This document shows positions 50,494 through 58,438 of a stretch of 61,861 nt of DNA, one piece after another. The position numbers and the translations under genes were made by a program. The notes below the pieces were generated by a model, which had not been told where the DNA came from, made no database searches, and worked only from the letters and a program-made list of their open reading frames with translations. The stretch's first letter is position 1. Every line of letters begins with the position of its first letter. Origin of the DNA: an uncultured Lentimicrobiaceae bacterium (GTDB lineage Bacteria; Bacteroidota; Bacteroidia; Bacteroidales; F082). The DNA is taken from the NCBI GenBank assembly GCA_964455635.1, contig CAYVWX010000001.1, positions 1 through 61,861 of the forward strand, written 5' to 3'.

Positions 50494-50547
50494 TTATAAT
50501 CAGATAAAACATCCCTGCCGGCAAGTCGCCACACAAAAGCATGATTA
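50494..50547 (+). repeat. decoy copy 1 of the gene-start cassette plus 34-nt extension
   Basis: TTATAATCAGATAAAACATCC... 43 of 54 positions are identical to 50699-50752 by hand alignment. Confidence 0.7.
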
Positions 50548-50698
50548 TTTGTAAGTTGCCATATTTATACTGCCCTTTCAGGGCGCATGATGGATTTAGG
50601 AGGAATTCAAAAGGCGGTGCCTTTTGTTGAAATAGGTTGCCCTTACAGGGCGCAACAAAAAACTGTGATAATACAATGTGTAATAATATATTACAAAA

Positions 50699-50752
50699 TT
50701 ATTAACAAATGAAACATCCATGGCGGTTAGTCGTCACACAGAAACATGATTA
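50699..50752 (+). repeat. decoy copy 2 of the gene-start cassette (ATG intact, 14-codon ORF)
   Basis: TTATTAACAAATGAAACATCC... The first 20 nt match the real start region at 50971-50990 at 18 of 20 positions. Confidence 0.7.
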
Positions 50753-50893
50753 AAAAGCTCCGTTAGGAGCGAAATATTTATAGCCTCGGGTGTTAACCCG
50801 GGGTAAAGAAAAACCCAAGACCGGTTTTGGCGTGATTTTCGATGGCGAAGCCGAAAATCATGACAAAACATAAAGAACATATTAACAGATTAA

Positions 50894-50963
50894 CCCTGTG
50901 GAATAGTTTTCAAGTTCCACAGGGTAAACCAAGTGGAATAGTTTTCAAATTCCACAGGGTAAA
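50894..50963 (+). repeat. two tandem copies of a hairpin motif GTGGAAT-N9-ATTCCAC-AGGGTAAA
   Basis: Copies at 50894-50928 and 50933-50963, 18-88 nt upstream of the ATG at 50981. Related copies lie at 53494-53528 and 56041-56072. Confidence 0.75.
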
Positions 50964-50980
50964 TATAAAATTATAAACAG

Positions 50981-52696
50981 ATGAAACATCTTTTTCTTTT
51001 TTTATGGTTAATTTTGGTAGGTTTTAGTCCTGTTAAAGGACAGAATATACCTTTTTCTCTTCCCGACGGGTTTCCGGGAGTTGAGGTTTCGGGCCATACC
51101 GCCAATCTTCAGGGCTCTTATTTTTTAAATACTTTCGGTGTGCATCCTTCGCACGATTCATCGTGGTTAATGATATTGGATACCACCGGATTTCCTTTGT
51201 TTTACCGAATGTTTCACACACTTAGTTCAAACTTTACGGTACAGGAAAATACAGGAACACTTACTTATTACAGTTTAAGCGATACTGCATATCATGAAAT
51301 GGATGGAAATTTTAACCTGATAAATATTTATAAGGCTAAAAACGGTTTCATCACCGATGGCCATGAACTGCGAATACAACCTGACAGCAGTTATTGGATT
51401 TTGGGTAAAGATATTCGGGTGATTGATATGAGTGTTCTTATTGAGGGTGGTAATCCTGCTGCCAACGTAACCGGCACCGTTATTCAGCACATCAGCAAAG
51501 CCGGAAACGTGCTGTTTGAGTGGAACAGCTGGGATCACTTTGATATTTTGGATGCCGACACCACCATCATTCACATCAAATCATCTAATTTTGACTTTTC
51601 TCATGGAAATGCTCTGGATATAGTTGATGATTCCACTATTCTGCTTTCTTCGCGCAGCTTAAATGAAATTACCAAAATTAATACAAATAACGGAAACATT
51701 ATATGGCGGTGGGGAGGAAAGCACAACCAATTTACCTGTTTAAATGATTCGGTGCCGTTTTATGCCCAGCATCATATTCGCTACAGAGGTAATGGAGTTT
51801 ATTCGCTTTTCGACAATGGAAATATGGTGCTTCGTCCCTATTCCAGGGCACTTGTTTATTCCCTTAACGAAGATGATAAAACCACAGAGGTAATCAGTGA
51901 TTTCAACCTTAACCATGAGGATTTTTCACGGGTGATGGGTTGTAATCAACTGCTTCCCAATGGTAATTATCAGGTGGGATGGTCATTAAATTTTGAGAAA
52001 AATGTACTTACCGAGTATGATACCGGTGGAAATACCGTTTTTTCAATGACAAGTGTTGATACTTTAGGATTGGTAAGTTACCGGGCGTTAAAGTACAATT
52101 GGACATCAACGGCCTTTGATGTTGATGAGGATACGCTTGAGTTTGAATCGTCTGTTGAATTGGGTGATACTGCTTTTGGTAGTGTGCACGTAACCAATAA
52201 TATGCAGGAAACGTTGTTGCTAAATGGATTTTATTGCACCGACAGTGCCTTTAGGGTTGCTACACCCCTGCCCATTACCCTTAATCCGGGTGAAACGGTA
52301 TCGGTAGATGTTTTATTTGCTCCCGACTCATCAATGTATTACAATTCGGTTTTGAGTTTGTTAAGCAGCAACGATACCAACCTTATTGGTCAACAAATCA
52401 GAGTAACCGGAACCGGTGAGCCCATGGGTGTCCGGAATTTTAATGTTGCTGAAAATAAACTTGTTGTTTATCCCAATCCGGCATCTAACAAGGTTTACGT
52501 CAGGTTTGATAATAAAAATGAGGTGGTTAAAAGTGTGGCTGTTTTTGATTTGTCAGGGCATCAGCTTATCTTGAAAAGAGAGATAAATACCACAAAAGCC
52601 GGACTGTTGGATGTGTCGGCATTACCGGGCGGAACCTATCTTATTAAGGTGATGTCTTCGGGAGGTATTCGGGCAGGTAAGATGGTTATTTTATAA
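50981..52696 (+). CDS. arylsulfotransferase (ASST)-like protein with T9SS type A C-terminal sorting domain
   Basis: 571 aa with a signal peptide. FSHGNALD, YAQHHIRY, LFDNGN and LLPNGN blocks typical of the ASST family. C-terminal VVYPNPASNKVYV...GTYLIKV. Confidence 0.7.
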   Translation: MKHLFLFLWLILVGFSPVKGQNIPFSLPDGFPGVEVSGHTANLQGSYFLNTFGVHPSHDSSWLMILDTTGFPLFYRMFHTLSSNFTVQENTGTLTYYSLSDTAYHEMDGNFNLINIYKAKNGFITDGHELRIQPDSSYWILGKDIRVIDMSVLIEGGNPAANVTGTVIQHISKAGNVLFEWNSWDHFDILDADTTIIHIKSSNFDFSHGNALDIVDDSTILLSSRSLNEITKINTNNGNIIWRWGGKHNQFTCLNDSVPFYAQHHIRYRGNGVYSLFDNGNMVLRPYSRALVYSLNEDDKTTEVISDFNLNHEDFSRVMGCNQLLPNGNYQVGWSLNFEKNVLTEYDTGGNTVFSMTSVDTLGLVSYRALKYNWTSTAFDVDEDTLEFESSVELGDTAFGSVHVTNNMQETLLLNGFYCTDSAFRVATPLPITLNPGETVSVDVLFAPDSSMYYNSVLSLLSSNDTNLIGQQIRVTGTGEPMGVRNFNVAENKLVVYPNPASNKVYVRFDNKNEVVKSVAVFDLSGHQLILKREINTTKAGLLDVSALPGGTYLIKVMSSGGIRAGKMVIL

Positions 52697-52699
52697 TGC

Positions 52700-52738
52700 A
52701 AAAAAAAACCACGATTCTTTAAAAGGTCGTGGTTTTTT
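52700..52738. terminator. bidirectional terminator between convergent genes
   Basis: A-run, stem AACCACGA/TCGTGGTT, T-run. Confidence 0.7.
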
Positions 52739-52754
52739 CTTGTCCGAAATAACT

Positions 52755-53303
52755 TTATTGTAATGGAGAGGCTGTAATTTTTGAATCCAATATAATGTTA
52801 AAGGTAACATCAACGTTTGGCTGGTCCAGCGAACCGTCGATTGAAGCAAAAAGTGAATGTTGTGCCATCAGCGCACTTTCAACACCGGCCCATTCACCTT
52901 CGGTAACCTCTAAAATAGTAGTACCAACGGTTAACGGAAAATTGGTGGCATTGGCAGTAAACAGCGTGTCCTGTGTATTATTGTCTTTTACAACAAGATG
53001 GCCTTCGGTTAAAGTGGCATCCTGCGAAATGGATTTAATTTTTAAAGTAACTTTTTGAATGCTCCAGCTTACTAAATTGTCCCAATATTTGTTAATGTTT
53101 TCATCCGATGAAGGGTCAATAACGGCAGAGCCGCTAAAAGCGTAATCGCTTGTCCGGGTTTCGCCGGCTGATGTGGCACTGATATCGGAACTGAGCGATG
53201 CATCGAATGTTACGTTTCCGAGAGAGGAAACTTTGTCGCACGATGAAAAGGTTACCAACAGGGCACCAAAAACAATAACGGTTAATAATTTTAATTTGTT
53301 CAT
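52755..53303 (-). CDS. hypothetical lipoprotein
   Basis: Start chosen at the ATG at 53303 (MNKLKLLTVIVFGALLVTFSSC), giving a lipobox Cys. The track's longer form starts at a TTG. Confidence 0.5.
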   Translation of the reverse strand: MNKLKLLTVIVFGALLVTFSSCDKVSSLGNVTFDASLSSDISATSAGETRTSDYAFSGSAVIDPSSDENINKYWDNLVSWSIQKVTLKIKSISQDATLTEGHLVVKDNNTQDTLFTANATNFPLTVGTTILEVTEGEWAGVESALMAQHSLFASIDGSLDQPNVDVTFNIILDSKITASPLQ

Positions 53304-53807
53304 TAGAAATAGATGTTTGTTAAAAAATATTTTTTTCAGTGGCAAATATAAACGAAATTTATGAATGCGTTTGTGATGAGCCTTTCTGTTACGCAAGGAC
53401 CATCAATGTATTATTTAGACAATCAACAATCGTAAATCGTTGTCTGTAAATTGGTAATAAAAAATTGCAAATGGTAAAAACCAAATTCACCCCATGGAAT
53501 TTGCAAAGCAACTATTCCGCAGGGTAAATTCCAATTCTAAAATACAAAATACCAAACGATCAAAAGTTGTACTACCACGGCTTAACGAAGATACAGGGTG
53601 GCGGTGCGACGGCGTTGTTACGGGGGCTTTTCACGAAAAGCCCCTACATCTGTTACAATACAACTACGTTGCGTTGATTACAATTGCTTAACCGAATTTA
53701 CAATCAGGATGTTAATTTACCATTGTCTCTCATTTTTTATTACCATCCGCAAAATTTCTAAATCCGATTATTTTATTCAGGCTGTTAAGCCGGTGAAAAA
53801 AGCAAAG

Positions 53808-53854
53808 AAAAAAAAGGCTTTAGCCATGTTAACAATGTTAACGGCTAAAGCCTT
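53808..53854 (-). terminator. rho-independent terminator after the OMP gene
   Basis: On the minus strand, 12-bp stem AAGGCTTTAGCC/GGCTAAAGCCTT followed by T8. Confidence 0.7.
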
Positions 53855-53882
53855 TTAAAATTCCTTCGGGTTCAATTTTGTT

Positions 53883-54557
53883 TTAAAACGGCGTGAGTGT
53901 AATCCCCACCGAAATAGGATTCAGGTTGTCGGTACCAAATCCTTTTTCAAAAATGCCGTTAATCTGATACTCTGCAAACACATTAATGTATTTCCATCCG
54001 AAGCGCAAGGTTGGCCCGTAAGTATATTTGTCAAGGTGTTCTATTTTTTTCTCCTTTTGGAGTACCCGTATATTGTCAGACGGACGATTGCCGTAATATT
54101 TCTGTTTGCTGTCGATGGTAAATCCGAAATTAAATCCCACGCTCAGCTTAATATCATTTTTAAACCTGAATTTAATATCCATGGGAATGTAAAAATAAAC
54201 CACATTAACTTTACTCCTTCTGTAGTCCTCTTCAATGGGTTTAAATAAAATGGAATCGCCTTTAATGTCCTCTATTTTTGAGTTGGAATATAAATTATGG
54301 CTTGAGATGCCGGGGCCTACTCCAAAGCCCACCGTGCCGCTCTCGTTCAGCAAAAAGTTATATTGCATAAAAACATTAACTCCTTGGTTAACAGTACGTG
54401 TTACCATTTTATCGGGCTTGTTTTGCCATAAATCGGTATAAACATCAACGCCAACGGTAACTTTACGTTTGGCGCTTTCGCTAATAATTTGGCCACTCAT
54501 CTCTTGTACCGAAAACAGGGCAAGAAAAAATGATATAATAATGATATTGTGTTTCAT
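53883..54557 (-). CDS. outer membrane beta-barrel protein (porin-family-like)
   Basis: 224 aa. Signal peptide, alternating beta pattern, C-terminal ITLTPF. Confidence 0.55.
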   Translation of the reverse strand: MKHNIIIISFFLALFSVQEMSGQIISESAKRKVTVGVDVYTDLWQNKPDKMVTRTVNQGVNVFMQYNFLLNESGTVGFGVGPGISSHNLYSNSKIEDIKGDSILFKPIEEDYRRSKVNVVYFYIPMDIKFRFKNDIKLSVGFNFGFTIDSKQKYYGNRPSDNIRVLQKEKKIEHLDKYTYGPTLRFGWKYINVFAEYQINGIFEKGFGTDNLNPISVGITLTPF

Positions 54558-54590
54558 AATTCAAACATTTATTGTGTGCAAAGATACTAT

Positions 54591-55199
54591 TTAATGTTTC
54601 AGCAACCTGTTAAGAAGTTTCTTAATTTTTCCTGTATTCCATCGGGCAGCTCCCTTTTTTTTAAGTACCACTTTTCCGTTTTTATCAAGAATAAAGGTTG
54701 TGGGAATGCTTTCCGTTTGAAATTCAACCGGAAGCCGGTCGTAAAGGTAAAACGGTGCTTTGTTATAATTATTTTTTTTAAGAAAATTTTTAACCTTTTC
54801 GGAACCTTCGTTGGTTACCAAAATAAAATTTATCCGGTCGCCATACTGTTGGTAAATATCCAATATCGAAGGCAGCTCGGCAATACAGGGAGGACACCAT
54901 GTGGCCCAAACATTAATAAAAACAGGCTTTTTATTCAGTGTTTCAAGCGTTACCGGATGCATTGATAAATCATAAACATTCCATTGCCCCGCTTGTTTGC
55001 CAATAGTAAATTGTTCGTCAGCATTAAGGGTTGAGGGAGGGAGGGCTGTTAACCTGATAAAAAAAGCCGCCACATCTTTTCTTGTTCCGGGGTTGATAAG
55101 CAAAATTAAAATAACAACAAAAACAAGGTCGAAAAATATACTAAAAGGATTTTTCTTTTTAAGATAATTGCATAAAAAAGCAGGCTTTGTACATTTCAT
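54591..55199 (-). CDS. membrane-anchored TlpA-like thiol:disulfide oxidoreductase
   Basis: 202 aa. N-terminal TM segment and thioredoxin motif WATWCPPC. Confidence 0.85.
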   Translation of the reverse strand: MKCTKPAFLCNYLKKKNPFSIFFDLVFVVILILLINPGTRKDVAAFFIRLTALPPSTLNADEQFTIGKQAGQWNVYDLSMHPVTLETLNKKPVFINVWATWCPPCIAELPSILDIYQQYGDRINFILVTNEGSEKVKNFLKKNNYNKAPFYLYDRLPVEFQTESIPTTFILDKNGKVVLKKKGAARWNTGKIKKLLNRLLKH

Positions 55200-55621
55200 T
55201 AACGATACCCTTTAAGTTTAGAGCGTTTGTCAAGTAAATCATTAATCTCTTCTTCGGTAAGACCGGGGTTTTTCAGCATTTCGTCAAGTTCTTGTAACGA
55301 GTGGCCGGCAGTAGGTTTTACGGCAGGTTCAATGTGTACATCAACAGAAGTGTCGGCCTCGTTGAGTTCGTCTTCACCCACTTCGTTACGAAGCTGAATA
55401 ACCAGTTGATGAACCATGTCTTTTACCGAGTCGCCAAACTGCCCCTGCAGTTGCTGGGCAATATCGTCTTTCATGGTTTCGTAGTTTGTAAAAAACATTT
55501 GAAACTGTTGTAACATAAAGCTGTTAACTCCGGGAATATTTGCCGTGTCGCTGCGTTCCATAAGCCGGTTAAATAATTTAAACAGCTCATCTAACTCTTG
55601 TCTGAATTTTTCATCGTCCAT
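55199..55621 (-). CDS. acidic helical hypothetical protein
   Basis: 140-aa ORF whose TAA overlaps the ATG of the TlpA-like gene (TAATG). No recognisable motif. Confidence 0.4.
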   Translation of the reverse strand: MDDEKFRQELDELFKLFNRLMERSDTANIPGVNSFMLQQFQMFFTNYETMKDDIAQQLQGQFGDSVKDMVHQLVIQLRNEVGEDELNEADTSVDVHIEPAVKPTAGHSLQELDEMLKNPGLTEEEINDLLDKRSKLKGYR

Positions 55622-55741
55622 AGTAAATGCAAAATTAATAATAATTGTTTGATACGGTAACAGCTTTTGATTTTTTAACTAAACGGCATACTTTCACAAG
55701 GATAATTTATAAAAAATGGAGGGAGGAGGATGTAGGTTGCC

Positions 55742-55989
55742 GGATTGGGAGGATTGGAGGATTGGAGGATTGATAGGATTGAAAGGATTGAAGGATTGAA
55801 AGGATTGAAGGATTGAAAGGATTGAAGGGTTGAAGGAATTGAAGGATTGGGAGGATTGAAAGGATTGGAGGATTGGAGGATTGGAGGATTGAAGGATTGG
55901 GAGGATTGAAAGGATTGAAGGGATTGGGAGGATTGATAGGATTGAAGGATTGATAGGATTGAAGGATTGATAGGATTGAAGGATTGAAG
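55742..55989. repeat. minisatellite of 29 units of 7-9 bp, consensus GGATTGR(N)A
   Basis: Units counted by hand. Higher-order 17-bp blocks (GGATTGATA+GGATTGAA x3, GGATTGAAA+GGATTGAA x2) and GGATTGGA x3 twice. Confidence 0.9.
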
Positions 55990-56176
55990 GGTTTGGTTGA
56001 GGGGCTTGTCATTTTAGATTTCGGATGTGGTGGTTATTCTATGAAATATTTTTGCACATTTCGCAGGGCGAATTTGTTTTTTGAAATTTGTTAATTTTTT
56101 ACCATCCTTATTTTTTCGTTATCTGTATTTTAAAACTTTTAACTTGTCAGGTTAATAATTGTAATAGAGGAGTTTG

Positions 56177-57112
56177 TTACTCAAATCGTTTTTTTAATTT
56201 ATACAGCCACAGGGCAGGCAATGGTAACCGGTTTATAAGCAAGCCGTAATAGTGAGTTTGTTTGGCTCCGAAACTTTTATAAAAACGCGCCAGCCCTTCA
56301 TGATCAGAGCCTTCAAAATCGAGTGTATAATTGCCGGGACTGTATTGTTTAATAACCGAATCGATGATAAACGCCAAAGCCGACACCTTTTTTCCTTCTT
56401 CGCTTTGTCCCGAAAAAAGGAATGTTAAACGGTTATGACTTTTTATAAAAAAAGCCCCTGCAAGTAGCGTATTGTTTTGTGAATAAGCACCATAAATAAC
56501 TCCTTTTCCTTTGTGAATGGCCATATACATTAAATGTTGTAAACGAAGATAATGGTAGTTGCGCCAATGTTTTATCTGTTTTCCTTTGTTGTTTCTGAAA
56601 AGGGTAACCACCTCCTCGGGCCTTAGCGTTTTTTGCAGGGTAATATTTGCTTTTGCAGCTTTTTTCAGGTTCCGTTTTAAATTGGTACTGTAGTGTGTTT
56701 TTGTTCTCTCGTATTTGTTTATTAAATCGAGTAAGTGGTTGGTATGAGCTATTTTAGTACCATTTGTTTCCTCCAGTTTGTTAAAGCTGTTAAAGTTTAT
56801 TTCAATGTATTTAATATCTTTTGGGATGGCGTTAATAAATTGTATAACCTTATCAGGATGCAGCAATGTTTTTGAAAAAACACCCAACTGTTGCGAAAAA
56901 AAAGGTTGAAGCATATATTTAATATGCCATTTTTCATCAATGGTAAGTGGCATAACCTGCCGGTAATCATCTTCAATAAGTGCATCCCAGTAAGGGTGAA
57001 CCACATCAAGATACCATGAACAGGCATAAACGGTTCCGTTAAAAGCGTGGCGAATGGTTTCGTCCCACCTTTTTTTATCAATATTATTATGTTCAACGTA
57101 TTTTATCATCAA
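56177..57112 (-). CDS. FemAB-like / GNAT-fold acyltransferase family protein (uncertain)
   Basis: 311 aa. The C-terminal half (LLAGAFFIKSHNRLTFLFSGQSEEGKK...LDFEGSDHEGLARFYKSFG) resembles the GNAT-like domain of FemAB/BioF2-like proteins. Confidence 0.45.
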   Translation of the reverse strand: MMIKYVEHNNIDKKRWDETIRHAFNGTVYACSWYLDVVHPYWDALIEDDYRQVMPLTIDEKWHIKYMLQPFFSQQLGVFSKTLLHPDKVIQFINAIPKDIKYIEINFNSFNKLEETNGTKIAHTNHLLDLINKYERTKTHYSTNLKRNLKKAAKANITLQKTLRPEEVVTLFRNNKGKQIKHWRNYHYLRLQHLMYMAIHKGKGVIYGAYSQNNTLLAGAFFIKSHNRLTFLFSGQSEEGKKVSALAFIIDSVIKQYSPGNYTLDFEGSDHEGLARFYKSFGAKQTHYYGLLINRLPLPALWLYKLKKRFE

Positions 57113-57121
57113 AAACAGTTG

Positions 57122-58438
57122 TTAGCTGACAGCCATTTTTAGCAACTCTTCGTAAACATATCTCCACCCTTTCCATCGTTGTTGGTCGCTAAGCGATTCG
57201 TTGTGCCAAAGAGATATAAAGGTGCCGTTAACAGCTTTTACTTCCTCAATCAGCTTTCCAATAACCTGCAAAGCATCAGCAGGCGTAAGGTTCATATAAT
57301 CACGCAAAGTGCCATCCATTACCGCAAAAGGATGTACTCGCAAAGGTGTTTCCGTTTCCAAATCCAAATCAAAAAAATGATGAACAGTACAAATTCCTGC
57401 TCTAAAACCGGGAAGTGCTGCGTAACCCATGGTGTAGTCATCGGTAATGTCGTTGCTAATCAGCGTTCGATAAGTATCGGGTAACATAAGCCGTAAAAAA
57501 TGCTGCCGGCTGCGGTTTACCTCTTTATTGACAACCTTTTCAAGTCCCGCCAACTCGGAGGCAACCAATTCGGGTTTTTCAAGTGAATAATATGAGGGGT
57601 GAATACCAATTTTTGAGTAGTCAACCATCTTTTTAATCAGCATTTTAAACCGCTTGTTCCGGGTGTTGATATTTTTATCGTATCGCGAGTAGTGCGCATA
57701 AAGAAAAAAATAAACCGGTTTTAAATTATATTTTTTTTGATATTGTAATTGTAAATCAAAAGTATCGAAAGGGTCTTTTCGCGATGTAAAAAGCACTTGT
57801 GTTCTAACTTTAATATCGTTCCAGTCCAGTCGTTTAAGTGCCAACAGGTAGCTCCCTACAGTTCGTACCAACCCTTTTTGTGCATAAGCCCAGGCCGAAT
57901 CAATATCATAAGTGGGAAGGAATTTGTATTTACGAACAGCATATTTAATATGAGGATATCTGGCCAGCAAAATTTCTTTTATTTTTAAAGCCCAAATGTT
58001 AACAACAGGTTTTTGAAGAATGCCAAGCTCATACGAAATACTTTTTTGAGCGGTAAATCTTCCATGTGGGTCTTTTACAAAAGGCAGATACTCTTCGTAA
58101 CGCGAAACCAGATAAAAAACAGCTGAAAATACATCAAAAGGAAGTGCCGACAGGCTGTCGTTTACCGGAAAAAAAGCCTTAATACCGTTTTCATAATCAA
58201 AAGGATTTAAGTCCACCGAATCAACCCCTTTTTTTAACAACAGGCCGTTTGATTGAAAATAGAGGTTGTCGGAAAAAGGTTTGGCGGAGTATTGCATTTT
58301 TGGGCTGTCTGACGAAAGAAAAGCATCTAAATCGGTGGTCAGGGTGTATTCCATCAACAAAATGTGAGTAAACACCAGCTTAAAAGTATAGCGAATGCGT
58401 GGACTTTTTTTTGAAACGTAAATAAGCAGGTTTTCCAT
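57122..58438 (-). CDS. polysaccharide deacetylase (NodB-like) family protein (uncertain)
   Basis: 438 aa, 9 nt upstream of the FemAB-like gene. YDIDSAW, GIHPSY and SRQHFLR blocks resemble a divergent NodB-type fold. Confidence 0.45.
   Translation of the reverse strand: MENLLIYVSKKSPRIRYTFKLVFTHILLMEYTLTTDLDAFLSSDSPKMQYSAKPFSDNLYFQSNGLLLKKGVDSVDLNPFDYENGIKAFFPVNDSLSALPFDVFSAVFYLVSRYEEYLPFVKDPHGRFTAQKSISYELGILQKPVVNIWALKIKEILLARYPHIKYAVRKYKFLPTYDIDSAWAYAQKGLVRTVGSYLLALKRLDWNDIKVRTQVLFTSRKDPFDTFDLQLQYQKKYNLKPVYFFLYAHYSRYDKNINTRNKRFKMLIKKMVDYSKIGIHPSYYSLEKPELVASELAGLEKVVNKEVNRSRQHFLRLMLPDTYRTLISNDITDDYTMGYAALPGFRAGICTVHHFFDLDLETETPLRVHPFAVMDGTLRDYMNLTPADALQVIGKLIEEVKAVNGTFISLWHNESLSDQQRWKGWRYVYEELLKMAVS

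Noticed and set aside
53494-53858. 65-aa and 86-aa + strand ORFs in the 579-bp spacer
   Set aside because: They run through the hairpin motif and the terminator stem, use odd composition and have no recognisable domains. I treat the region as non-coding.
55707-56012. 101-aa minus-strand ORF (…PFNPSILSILQSYQSFNP…)
   Set aside because: It is exactly coextensive with the GGATTGR(N)A minisatellite, whose complement lacks stop codons. Mixed 8/9-nt units scramble the frame, so the ORF is a low-complexity artefact.
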